Source: Thermoplasmata archaeon (GTDB lineage Archaea; Thermoplasmatota; Thermoplasmata; GCA-020350865). From it: a stretch of DNA of 64,000 nucleotides. Below, one piece after another: positions 10,761-19,266 of this stretch. The position numbers were made by a program, and so were the translations under genes. Location of the stretch: the NCBI GenBank assembly GCA_020348445.1, contig CP070751.1, positions 1 to 64,000 on the forward strand, read 5' to 3'. The notes under the pieces were generated by a model. It saw nothing but the letters and a program-made list of their open reading frames with translations, was not told the DNA's origin and ran no database searches. How positions within the stretch are numbered: the stretch's first letter is position 1; each line of letters begins with the position of its first letter.

Positions 10761-11525
10761 TTGAGGCTCATATCATGGAATGTAAATGGCATAAGAGCTG
10801 TTGCGAAAAAGGGTCTGTTAAACTGGATGAAGGAAGATGACGCAGATATAATATGCCTGCAGGAAACAAAGGCACATCCTGAGCAATTGTCAAAGGACCT
10901 GTTAAATCCAGAGGGTTATCATCCTTATTGGAGCTCTGCCGAAAGAAAGGGATACAGCGGCTGTGTAACTTATTCAAAAGTGAAACCAAAAAAAGTGCTG
11001 TATGGCATGGGTGAGCCCAGGTTCGACTCTGAAGGGCGTATCGTGATAACTGAACATCCGGATTTCGTCTTGTTCAACGTATATTTCCCAAATGGAAAAA
11101 AGAACCAGGAGAGATTGAGGTACAAGCTCGACTTCTATGATTCATTTTTGTCATTTGCAGATAAATACAAGAAGAAAGGAAAAGGTGTGGTTGCCTGCGG
11201 GGACTTCAACACCGCCCACAAGGAAATCGACCTTGCAAGGCCCAAAGAAAACGAGAATGTCTCGGGATTCCTTCCCATTGAAAGAAAATGGATAGACAAG
11301 TTCATCTCCCATGGGTACACAGACACCTTCAGACGGTTCAACAAGGATCCGGGTTATTACTCATGGTGGGATTACAAGACCAAAGCGAGGGAGAGGAACA
11401 TAGGCTGGAGAATCGACTATTTCTTTGTGAGCAAAAATCTCTTACCGAACCTCAAAGGTGCCTTTATCCAGAAGGATGTTATGGGCAGTGATCACTGTCC
11501 AGTTGGCGTTGTGATGGGCTTTTGA
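10761..11525 (+). CDS. xth: Exodeoxyribonuclease III (AP endonuclease)
   Basis: [39 protein letters not shown]. Confidence 0.97.
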   Translation: MRLISWNVNGIRAVAKKGLLNWMKEDDADIICLQETKAHPEQLSKDLLNPEGYHPYWSSAERKGYSGCVTYSKVKPKKVLYGMGEPRFDSEGRIVITEHPDFVLFNVYFPNGKKNQERLRYKLDFYDSFLSFADKYKKKGKGVVACGDFNTAHKEIDLARPKENENVSGFLPIERKWIDKFISHGYTDTFRRFNKDPGYYSWWDYKTKARERNIGWRIDYFFVSKNLLPNLKGAFIQKDVMGSDHCPVGVVMGF

Positions 11526-11562
11526 AACATTTTTGTAAAGCAAACAACATGTTGTAAAATGC

Positions 11563-11877
11563 CTACCCTCTCTTATCCCCGCACTTCCAGCAGAAGACAT
11601 CGGTTTCGTAGATCTTTGTTTGGCATTTAGGACAGTCCAAGGGTTTCGGCGCCACCTTTTTTGCCACCTCGTCTGCAAAGGCTTTAGCCTCCACTGCCAC
11701 CTTCTTTCCCAATTCCGCGGCTTTTTCCCCAGCCTCCTTTCCTACCTTGACAACATTGTCTGCAAACTCTCTTACGTTATCCTCGAATGAGCGTCCGCTT
11801 GTCAAGGAAACCCCACATTTATTGCAATATAATGCATCCTCAGAATTTTGATGCCCGCATTGGTAACAATATGCCAT
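11563..11877 (-). CDS. Double zinc-ribbon protein
   Basis: N-terminal CYQC..CNKC and C-terminal CPKC..CWKC joined by a helical linker; GGTGA RBS before ATG 11877. Confidence 0.8.
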   Translation of the reverse strand: MAYCYQCGHQNSEDALYCNKCGVSLTSGRSFEDNVREFADNVVKVGKEAGEKAAELGKKVAVEAKAFADEVAKKVAPKPLDCPKCQTKIYETDVFCWKCGDKRG

Positions 11878-11997
11878 TATACTCACCGAGATTGATAAAT
11901 GCGTTTTTCGTTTATAATGATTATTAATTTCTAAAAGAGATGTAAATTATTGGGTGTTCTAATGATCCACTGACGCACTTGGGAGTTTTACCCCCTC

Positions 11998-12729
11998 TTA
12001 TTTTTTCTTCTCACTTCTTTTCGTATTTTTCTTTTTTTGAAGGGCCAATAGGGTCTTGCTGAACACTCCCATTAGGGTGTGGAACTCCCACTTGGAAAGA
12101 ACTGCTCTCCCCATTATCCTTTGGAACATCACCGTTGTTTTCTTCTTCCTATGCTCGGGATAATCCACTGCATCAAGAAGTTGGCTAAAATGCTCCATGA
12201 CCTTGTCTTTCTCGAATCCAGAGGCCTCCCTTGTGTGTCTTTCTATTCCCTTGCCGAAGAATAGTTCGTAAAAGATTATTGAAGCTGAGTGGGAAATATT
12301 CATAACAGGATATTCCTCTGATGTGGGAATCGTGATAACTGTATCGCATTTCTCAAGTTCCATGTTGTATAGGCCGTAGTTCTCCCTGCCAAATATTATT
12401 CCGACTTCTCCCTCCATCTCCTCCATCTTGGATGCGAACTCCCTGGGATCTAGATTCTTCCTCAAATGCTTTTTGTCGCTTTTTGTGGAAAATCCTGATG
12501 TGCCCACGATATAATCCAGGCCCTTTAGAGCATCGTCCAAGGTTTCATATATCTGGGCATTTTCTACAACCTCATTTGCATGCTTTGCCCTTTTTAAGCA
12601 CTCATCACCAATTTCGCACGGATTCACAAGAACCAGCTCATCAAGACCGAAATTCTTCATGGTTCTGGCAACTGCTCCGATGTTTCCCTCGAACTTTGGC
12701 TCGGCAAGGATCACCCTATATTCTGGCAT
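11998..12729 (-). CDS. trmJ: tRNA (cytidine/uridine-2'-O)-methyltransferase, TrmJ/SpoU family
   Basis: EGNIGAVARTMKNFG, IFGRENYGL, PVMNISHS. Confidence 0.92.
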   Translation of the reverse strand: MPEYRVILAEPKFEGNIGAVARTMKNFGLDELVLVNPCEIGDECLKRAKHANEVVENAQIYETLDDALKGLDYIVGTSGFSTKSDKKHLRKNLDPREFASKMEEMEGEVGIIFGRENYGLYNMELEKCDTVITIPTSEEYPVMNISHSASIIFYELFFGKGIERHTREASGFEKDKVMEHFSQLLDAVDYPEHRKKKTTVMFQRIMGRAVLSKWEFHTLMGVFSKTLLALQKKKNTKRSEKKK

Positions 12730-12866
12730 TCTAACACCTGATTGGTAAAAAGAAGTTTGGTAATTAAATATGTTGCTAATGATAATGTTATTGAAATAGG
12801 GGGGCCCTCGAATGGTTGTTATAATGTACCAAAAAAGATTTTAATGGAGGTTTCTCTTTATCAGGA

Positions 12867-13679
12867 ATGAGTGAACCCATGAGATATGCCCTTAAATTCG
12901 GTTATCACGGAAAGAACTTCTTTGGATACGCGCGCCAGCCAAATCTTAGGACCGTTGAAGGTGATATAATTGATTCCCTCAAAAAAACCATGATAATAGA
13001 AGATGAAAAGAGTGCAAATTTTCAGAGCGCGTCTAGAACAGATAAGGGAGTATCTGCTTGCGGCAACGTTTTGGCCATAGATACAGATTTTAGGAAAGAT
13101 GAGATCCTTGGGGCCTTGAACGCACATTTGGAGGATATATGGTTCTATGGGATTTCCCAGGTGGGCAATGACTTTAATCCAAGGCATGCTAACCAAAGAT
13201 GGTACCGCTATTATCTTCTTGATTCCGGATTTGATGTGAAAAAAATTCAGGATGCGGCAAAGATCTTTGTAGGCTCTCACAACTTCTCGAACTTTTCCAA
13301 GATGGAGGAGGGAAAAGAGCCCAAAAGGACTATAGATTCCATAGATATCTCTAAAGAAAACGAGTTCATCATTTTGGACTTTCGGGCCCAAAGCTTTTTG
13401 TGGAATATGGTAAGGAGGATTGTGAAGGCCATATCCGATTCAGCTGAAGGGAGACTTTCATCTGATGACATACTAATTGCCCTTGCAGGAGAACAAAAAG
13501 TCGATCTGGGCATCGCTTCGCCCGAATCCTTGATACTCATGGATGTGCACTACGACTTTGAATTTGAAATAGAGATAAAGAACTTAAGTGATTTGAAAAA
13601 AAATCTGGAAGACAACCTCCACAAAATCAGAACCGAAAACGTTTTTTACACTCAGATGCTAAGATCAATAGAAGGATAA
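12867..13679 (+). CDS. truA: tRNA pseudouridine(38-40) synthase
   Basis: FGYARQPNLRTVEG, SRTDKGVSA, FLWNMVRRIV. Confidence 0.95.
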   Translation: MSEPMRYALKFGYHGKNFFGYARQPNLRTVEGDIIDSLKKTMIIEDEKSANFQSASRTDKGVSACGNVLAIDTDFRKDEILGALNAHLEDIWFYGISQVGNDFNPRHANQRWYRYYLLDSGFDVKKIQDAAKIFVGSHNFSNFSKMEEGKEPKRTIDSIDISKENEFIILDFRAQSFLWNMVRRIVKAISDSAEGRLSSDDILIALAGEQKVDLGIASPESLILMDVHYDFEFEIEIKNLSDLKKNLEDNLHKIRTENVFYTQMLRSIEG

Positions 13680-13710
13680 TTATTAGTATCCTGATTTTAA
13701 TCTCCTTTTA

Positions 13711-14196
13711 ATGACAATTCAAATCTCCACTCTCGACGAACTCTCCTCAGTCCTTGCAAGGGCCTACTTCGTTGAAACACAACTAGAGCTTTCCATTCAA
13801 TGGGAAGCGTACATGGTTGTGAAGAACAAGTACAGGGATGTGCTTTTCACAATATCTCATGACTCTGAGGTTCACAAGTCCATGCTAAAAAAGATGTTTG
13901 ATAAAATAGAGGGCATGGACTTGGAGGAAGCCCTAAAAGAATTTAAAGGAAAGGAGTTCAATCCAAAGGGCCTTCACGATGAGGAAATTCTCACAGAGGT
14001 TATGAAAAAAGAACTGCTTGCCCTGGATATATACAAAAGGCTCCATGATTATTCAAGTCATGACTTCATAAAAAAACTCTGGAAAGGCAGAGATCCTGAG
14101 ACCTACTTTAAAAACCTCAAGTGGCTCATGAAGCAGGAGGAAAGACATATCGAGATTTTAAAACCGTACTCTGGGCAGATAGAACGTATTTTATAA
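13711..14196 (+). CDS. Ferritin-like (rubrerythrin-type diiron) domain protein
   Basis: Two E..H motifs (DSEVH, QEERH) in a four-helix pattern. Confidence 0.6.
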   Translation: MTIQISTLDELSSVLARAYFVETQLELSIQWEAYMVVKNKYRDVLFTISHDSEVHKSMLKKMFDKIEGMDLEEALKEFKGKEFNPKGLHDEEILTEVMKKELLALDIYKRLHDYSSHDFIKKLWKGRDPETYFKNLKWLMKQEERHIEILKPYSGQIERIL

Positions 14197-14211
14197 AAAG
14201 GTTATTTAAAA

Positions 14212-15294
14212 TCATTCAGGGGTAGGGGAGATATTCGCATCCGACATCACAGAGTGCTTTTTTATTGTAACTCCTTCACCTATGATACTATCTGTTAGTT
14301 TTACATCATCCTCCAAAGTGCATTTGTTGGATACTATGCTGTTTACAACCTCTGATCTCCAGCCAAGTGAGCTTCCGCTCATGACGATGCTGTTTTGTAT
14401 TGTAACGCCCCTATCGATTCTTACATCCTCGTAAATACATGCACTTTCCAGTACACAGTTTCTTCCAATCTCTGTTTTGCTCCCAATATAACAAGGTCCC
14501 TTGATCTTCACATTGGGCTCGATTGCCACGCCATCCCCGATTATGAGTTTGCCCTCCGTGGCCACACCTTCTATGTCCATCTCCTTTCCGTTTCTCTTTA
14601 CAACCTCGAATGTGGCCTCTAGCAGGTCATGAGGCCTTCCAATGTCCATCCACAGACCAGAAATCGGAGCCCCGTAAATAGGTCTATTATTTTCCAGAAG
14701 GAGTGGAAACACGTTCTTTGAGAAATCGAACATCGTATTTTCAGGGATAAAGTCTAGAACCTCGGGCTCTAGGATATATATCCCCGCATTTATGAGATTG
14801 GAAAATATCTCCTCCTCTTTTGGTTTCTCTTTGAATTTGACTATCCTGTTATTATCATCCAAACCTACGATTCCGTACTCTGTTGGATTCTCGGCCTTGG
14901 TCAATGCCATGGTGGCCACTGCATTTTTGTCTCGATGGTAATCATACAATGCCTTGATATCCACATCGGCAAGTACATCGCCTGAAGCCACCACGAACGT
15001 CTTGTCCAAGAATTGAGACACATTCTTTACAGCTCCTGCCGTACCAGCTGGGATTTCCTCAAAGGCATAGAGTATGCTTGCACCGAACTTCTTCCCGTCT
15101 CCAATGCTCTTAATCAAGGTATCGGACATGTATCCTGTGGTGACCAGGATTCTTTTAAAGCCTGCCGAGACCAATGACTTTATCACATAATCGACACACG
15201 GCTCTCCTGCAATGGGTATCAGGGGTTTAGGCCTTTTGTAGGTTAGGGGTTTAAGCCTTGTACCCACTCCACCTGCAAGTATCACGGCCTTCAC
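14212..15294 (-). CDS. Sugar-phosphate nucleotidyltransferase (NDP-sugar synthase) with C-terminal left-handed beta-helix
   Basis: KAVILAGGVGTRLKPLT..RPKPL, FKEKP, WMDIGRP, hexapeptide repeats; GTG start 15294. Confidence 0.92.
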   Translation of the reverse strand: MKAVILAGGVGTRLKPLTYKRPKPLIPIAGEPCVDYVIKSLVSAGFKRILVTTGYMSDTLIKSIGDGKKFGASILYAFEEIPAGTAGAVKNVSQFLDKTFVVASGDVLADVDIKALYDYHRDKNAVATMALTKAENPTEYGIVGLDDNNRIVKFKEKPKEEEIFSNLINAGIYILEPEVLDFIPENTMFDFSKNVFPLLLENNRPIYGAPISGLWMDIGRPHDLLEATFEVVKRNGKEMDIEGVATEGKLIIGDGVAIEPNVKIKGPCYIGSKTEIGRNCVLESACIYEDVRIDRGVTIQNSIVMSGSSLGWRSEVVNSIVSNKCTLEDDVKLTDSIIGEGVTIKKHSVMSDANISPTPE

Positions 15295-15298
15295 AAAA

Positions 15299-16177
15299 TC
15301 ACATCTCCACCTTACCTTTTTTAAGTAGCTTTTCCACACTTGCCTTGGCAGCTTTTTCCAGCTCTTCCTCGTCTTCCAGGGCCTTTTTCACTGCGATGTT
15401 CTGCTCTCTTATCAGTTTTTTTGCAGCGGCACGCTCCATCCTCTGCTCCTTTTTGATTTCCAATACCTTTTGCCTCATCTCCATGGCCCTTTTATGGTAG
15501 TGGTCGGCGCGCTCCCTGATCTTGAGGTACTTCTCATGCTTCTTATTGGCCTCTAGTATGATAATGGATACCTCGTTCATAAGGGCTGTGACCCTCTCGT
15601 GATGCTCTTGGCTCTCATCAGAAAGGCGCACCACCTCCTCGTGCTCCTTGTCTGCCTGTTTGAACAATTCGTCTATCTTGGCATTCAATTCCTCGACGTC
15701 CGCCACGATATCGGTCTGCTCCTTCATGAGCTTCTCCAGTTCTTTGAGCTCTTTTGCCTTGGATCTTATGGTCTCAAGAAGTTCTTTCTCGTCTTCAATG
15801 GGTAAAGACGTTGTTTCCTGTTTGATTTCCATTCTCGCTATTTCTTTTCTCAGCTCTTCTATTGTCTGCGGCAGGTTCCTTTCTAGCTTGCCGCCCCTTT
15901 TCTTCTTGAACGCGATTAGCTCCTTGGCCTTTTTCTGAAGCTCGTTTCTCTTCTTCTTGTGCTCCCTCATCTCCTTGGTCAGGGCGTTTCTTAGCTCCCT
16001 TTTCTCTTTCATCTCATCATTTAACTTCTTTCTCTGCTCGTGGAATGCGTCGCGCTCCTCCTTATAGGCGTTTGCCTCGGTGTTGAACTGGTCTCTTTTC
16101 TCGATTAGGGACTGATATCTCTTTTCAGCATTGTCTAGCTCGGTCTGCTCCTTCTTTTTCCTAGAGCGTTTTCTCAT
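15299..16177 (-). CDS. Archaeal coiled-coil protein (COG1340-like)
   Basis: Almost entirely E/K/R heptads; probable start MRKRSRKK at 16177. Confidence 0.75.
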   Translation of the reverse strand: MRKRSRKKKEQTELDNAEKRYQSLIEKRDQFNTEANAYKEERDAFHEQRKKLNDEMKEKRELRNALTKEMREHKKKRNELQKKAKELIAFKKKRGGKLERNLPQTIEELRKEIARMEIKQETTSLPIEDEKELLETIRSKAKELKELEKLMKEQTDIVADVEELNAKIDELFKQADKEHEEVVRLSDESQEHHERVTALMNEVSIIILEANKKHEKYLKIRERADHYHKRAMEMRQKVLEIKKEQRMERAAAKKLIREQNIAVKKALEDEEELEKAAKASVEKLLKKGKVEM

Positions 16178-16396
16178 TAGATGGGAGAATTTGTTGTTAT
16201 TATAAAAAGGATTCGATGCTCTTTTATGATTTGGAGGAGATTTTATGGTTTTTTTATACGTTTTATTCCTATTTAAAACCTTCATTTCATAATCGAGCTC
16301 TTCAATATCTATCCTATTTACAAAGGAAAGGATCACCTGAAGATGGAGGCAACATCAGGATAATGTACCCATCATCCTCCCCTTCGCCTTTTTCCT

Positions 16397-16804
16397 CTAT
16401 TGTGTCTCCACACTTTCTTCCTCAATCTTTTCTTCAGTTTCTTCTTGAGGCATTGATTTGGATTCCTTCCATTCCATAAAAGAGATCAGAAACATTACAA
16501 AGCCGACTATGAATACAAGGAGTAAGAAATAGGGGGATGGGTATTCTTCCTTGGGGCTATCTTCCTTTTGCTCTTCTTCATCTGCCTGGTCTTCCGGAGG
16601 GAGATCATCGAAAACGAAATTCCAGCTATTCTGGGCCTTTTGCAGAGTTCCCATGGAATTGGGAGATTCAATATCCATGGTGATGAACTTAGTGCCATCC
16701 CCCGAATGAGCGCTTGCTTCTTGTATCATGCAGAAAGACAAAATAGCAGCACCCATTAGAAATATCGCGGATATCTGCATGAATCTTATACTGATATATC
16801 TCAT
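16397..16804 (-). CDS. Hypothetical exported protein: signal peptide, acidic linker, C-terminal TM anchor
   Basis: Hydrophobic N-terminus ending ASA|H; YFLLLVFIVGFVMFLISF; ATGA overlap with upstream ORF. Confidence 0.7.
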   Translation of the reverse strand: MRYISIRFMQISAIFLMGAAILSFCMIQEASAHSGDGTKFITMDIESPNSMGTLQKAQNSWNFVFDDLPPEDQADEEEQKEDSPKEEYPSPYFLLLVFIVGFVMFLISFMEWKESKSMPQEETEEKIEEESVETQ

Positions 16805-17040
16805 GAATAACCCTCTAATTTAATGATGTAATTCACATAGTTAAAATATCTATCAATCTCCTGTTCTAAATATAATGGAAGGGGCTTTACGGGTTCTTCT
16901 TTGGGCTTTTCATCTTCATCATGCTCTTTTATCTTTTTATCTTTAGTTTTGCTATTCAGTTTTGCTTCTTTCTCCTCCTTACGCGCTAAAGTTATATACA
17001 TCATCAATACAGGAATTGCGGCTATCTGTGTAAATCTCAA
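16801..17040 (-). CDS. Small hypothetical protein (start uncertain)
   Basis: Stop overlaps next ATG (ATGA coupling); TTG start weak. Confidence 0.4.
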   Translation of the reverse strand: MRFTQIAAIPVLMMYITLARKEEKEAKLNSKTKDKKIKEHDEDEKPKEEPVKPLPLYLEQEIDRYFNYVNYIIKLEGYS

Positions 17041-17058
17041 ATTGTAATGTTTCGTTAT

Positions 17059-17241
17059 TCATTCCCCCTTGATCAGTAAAAATGACACACCGAAATTCTC
17101 CTCTGCAAAATCTGAATTACCTCTATGTATATCAAATACCCTTAGCTCTTCATCCCAGGTTTCCCTAAGCTCGAGTTTTTCATGGTTTGCTTCGATCCCC
17201 TTTCTTATCGAAATCTGGGTTTTTAATGGGTTTTGTTTCAT
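17059..17241 (-). CDS. Small hypothetical protein
   Basis: GGAGG RBS before ATG 17241; first ORF downstream of palindrome/TATA at 17311-17343. Confidence 0.35.
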   Translation of the reverse strand: MKQNPLKTQISIRKGIEANHEKLELRETWDEELRVFDIHRGNSDFAEENFGVSFLLIKGE

Positions 17242-17323
17242 CCTTTTATCCTCCATTTTTCGTATCGAATCCGGTTCATGGCACATCGATTCTAAATTAT
17301 GACAGATTTAATTGATAACTCTT

Positions 17324-17343
17324 TGTGGCTACATGTGACCACA
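17324..17343 (-). promoter_or_regulatory. Palindromic operator TGT-N4-ACATGT-N4-ACA next to BRE/TATA-like box (site 1)
   Basis: tgtggctACATGTgaccaca; core 12 nt from TTAT (minus strand, 17318-17315). Confidence 0.7.
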
Positions 17344-17517
17344 GAGTGGTGCTCCTTCAAAGGGATCGTTAAAAAGTTACTCTTTAACTGAACTAGATAA
17401 AAAAGAAATATCAATTGCCCTAGCGCCAATAATTACTCTAAACAATGAGGACTTTTAAAATAATCATGTAATTCCATGGATCCTCACAAAAAAATACGAA
17501 GCTTATCTTTGTAGAAT

Positions 17518-17709
17518 TTACTCTATCTCATCCCCTCTTGAACGAATATATACGTTCAGTTCATCCAAATATAATCCAGTTCTGATACACCATCTAACAT
17601 ATGTGGACATGTCCGTATTCAGCCTATCGGCCTCTTTTTTTACATGCTCTAACAATTCTGGATCGATTCTCACCCTGATGGTCTTGGTATATTTTTCCTC
17701 AACCGTCAT
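17518..17709 (-). CDS. Ribbon-helix-helix (CopG/Arc-like) DNA-binding protein
   Basis: Alternating strand KTIRVRID, helix PELLEHVKKEAD, TDMSTYVRWCIRTGLYL; paralog of 17914 and 22573; GGTGA RBS. Confidence 0.8.
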   Translation of the reverse strand: MTVEEKYTKTIRVRIDPELLEHVKKEADRLNTDMSTYVRWCIRTGLYLDELNVYIRSRGDEIE

Positions 17710-17816
17710 TTATGATTCACCACTAGCGTCTATTTCATGCATTTTTCGATTCACGTATTATAATTCACAAGATCGTTTTCCAAACAGTGAATTGTTGTGA
17801 CTTTCATATAACCCTT

Positions 17817-17836
17817 TGTGACTACATGTGCCCACA
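17817..17836 (-). promoter_or_regulatory. Palindromic operator next to BRE/TATA-like box (site 2)
   Basis: tgtgactACATGTgcccaca; core 12 nt from TTATAT. Confidence 0.7.
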
Positions 17837-17913
17837 TGATTGCCTTTTCTTCCTCATCTGGAGGAAAGGGATTGTTCCCAATCATGGATTCTAAGATATG
17901 GCCATACATATTT

Positions 17914-18099
17914 CTACTCCTCGCTTTTTGATTTTAGAAACTTGTTCACGTCCTTTAGGTACAATCCCGTTCTGATACACCATCTTACATAGGTGGACAA
18001 ATCAGTGTCAAGCTTCTTGACTTCCTCTTTAACCAGGGCAAGAAGCTCAGGGTCCACCCTCACCTTGAGGATTTTGGTGTACTTCCCCTCTTTCTCCAT
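17914..18099 (-). CDS. Ribbon-helix-helix DNA-binding protein
   Basis: KILKVRVDPELL...TDLSTYVRWCIRTGLYL. Confidence 0.8.
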   Translation of the reverse strand: MEKEGKYTKILKVRVDPELLALVKEEVKKLDTDLSTYVRWCIRTGLYLKDVNKFLKSKSEE

Positions 18100-18224
18100 T
18101 TTATTTCCTCTGCAGTCTTACCATAATAATATTTCATACTAAAAAAGGTTCTTGATGGGTATTAAAGCCTGAGATTTGGCCAAATAAAAATAGGTTATAC
18201 GAGGCATATCGGGGTATTTTCTCA

Positions 18225-19097
18225 TCATTTGATGTCATTGGCCAGCTCCCTTCTTCTTTCTAGATTGGAGAAAACTGTCTTTTCATCCATGAACTCGTTC
18301 TCTGCCTCTGCAAAATATTCCACAGCCTTGAGTATCCCTTCTTTTGTGGGTTTGTTTATATCGAGTCCGGCCCTGGCTATCTCCTGACGAAGGATCACCA
18401 TGGCCATCCTGGAATCAGAAAATCCCTCGCAGAAATCAACGATTATTACATCAAGTGCGCCTATAGGGGTGGTTCGGTCAGAATTTCGGCGTATGCCTGT
18501 TGCCGTAAGGATTTCATAGACTTTTTTTACTGGATCTTCATACTTACCTTCAGCAAGAACAAGATGCCCAAGTGCTTCAAATGCCTCCTCAACATTAATT
18601 GCCTCCTTGGCACTTGTGGAATAATTTGTTTTCAATGTACCTCTGAGGATTGTATCAGCAGCGCTGTTGTACCTTTTGGCCATATCCTCCAATTCCTCGG
18701 GCTGGAACTCGAAGTCTTCTTTCAAATCCGACTTGTTGCACACGAAGATCATGGGCACCTCCTCCACGACCTTGAACAAAAGGGGAATCCAGTATCGCTC
18801 CAGACTTTTTAGGGTCTCCTTTCTTGTCAGGTCTGCTACCAGAATGGCACCGTCTACTCCCACGAACGTCCTGGTTTGAACGGCACTGTACCCTTCCCTG
18901 CCGATGAGATCCCAGATCACGAATGTGAGGTTGTGGGTCTGATCAGGTCTTTGGATCAAAAGGTTCTTTTTAGTGATCTTGCAGCCGACTGTGGAGATGT
19001 AGGAGCTTTCGAACACATCGAAGACATATCTTCGAATGAGGCTTGTCTTGCCCACTGCACTGTCCCCTAAAAGGGCTATCTTCTTTTTCACTGTCAA
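18225..19097 (-). CDS. Rab/Ras-like small GTPase with C-terminal domain (paralog 2)
   Basis: GDSAVGKTS, YISTVG, WDLIGRE, NKSD, SAK; TTG start after GGTGA. Confidence 0.9.
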   Translation of the reverse strand: MTVKKKIALLGDSAVGKTSLIRRYVFDVFESSYISTVGCKITKKNLLIQRPDQTHNLTFVIWDLIGREGYSAVQTRTFVGVDGAILVADLTRKETLKSLERYWIPLLFKVVEEVPMIFVCNKSDLKEDFEFQPEELEDMAKRYNSAADTILRGTLKTNYSTSAKEAINVEEAFEALGHLVLAEGKYEDPVKKVYEILTATGIRRNSDRTTPIGALDVIIVDFCEGFSDSRMAMVILRQEIARAGLDINKPTKEGILKAVEYFAEAENEFMDEKTVFSNLERRRELANDIK

Positions 19098-19266
19098 TTG
19101 TTCACCTTTCTTTGTACAATATTTTCGTATCCAATAAACTCTGGGCTATCGATTGGTGGCTAATGGCAATGAAAATACTTATGTTTATTTGTGATAAGAC
19201 ATAAGAAGGATTTAGCCATTCTTTTTCAATATAAAAAATAGAAAATATTAAGGTACGGCGACTGTT

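Noticed and set aside
16980-17062. 27-codon ORF MNNETLQFEIYTDSRNSCIDDVYNFSA coupled to the 17059 stop; possible frameshifted gene with 16801-17040
   Set aside because: Cannot tell a micro-ORF from a frameshift remnant without homologs; left as low-confidence hypotheticals
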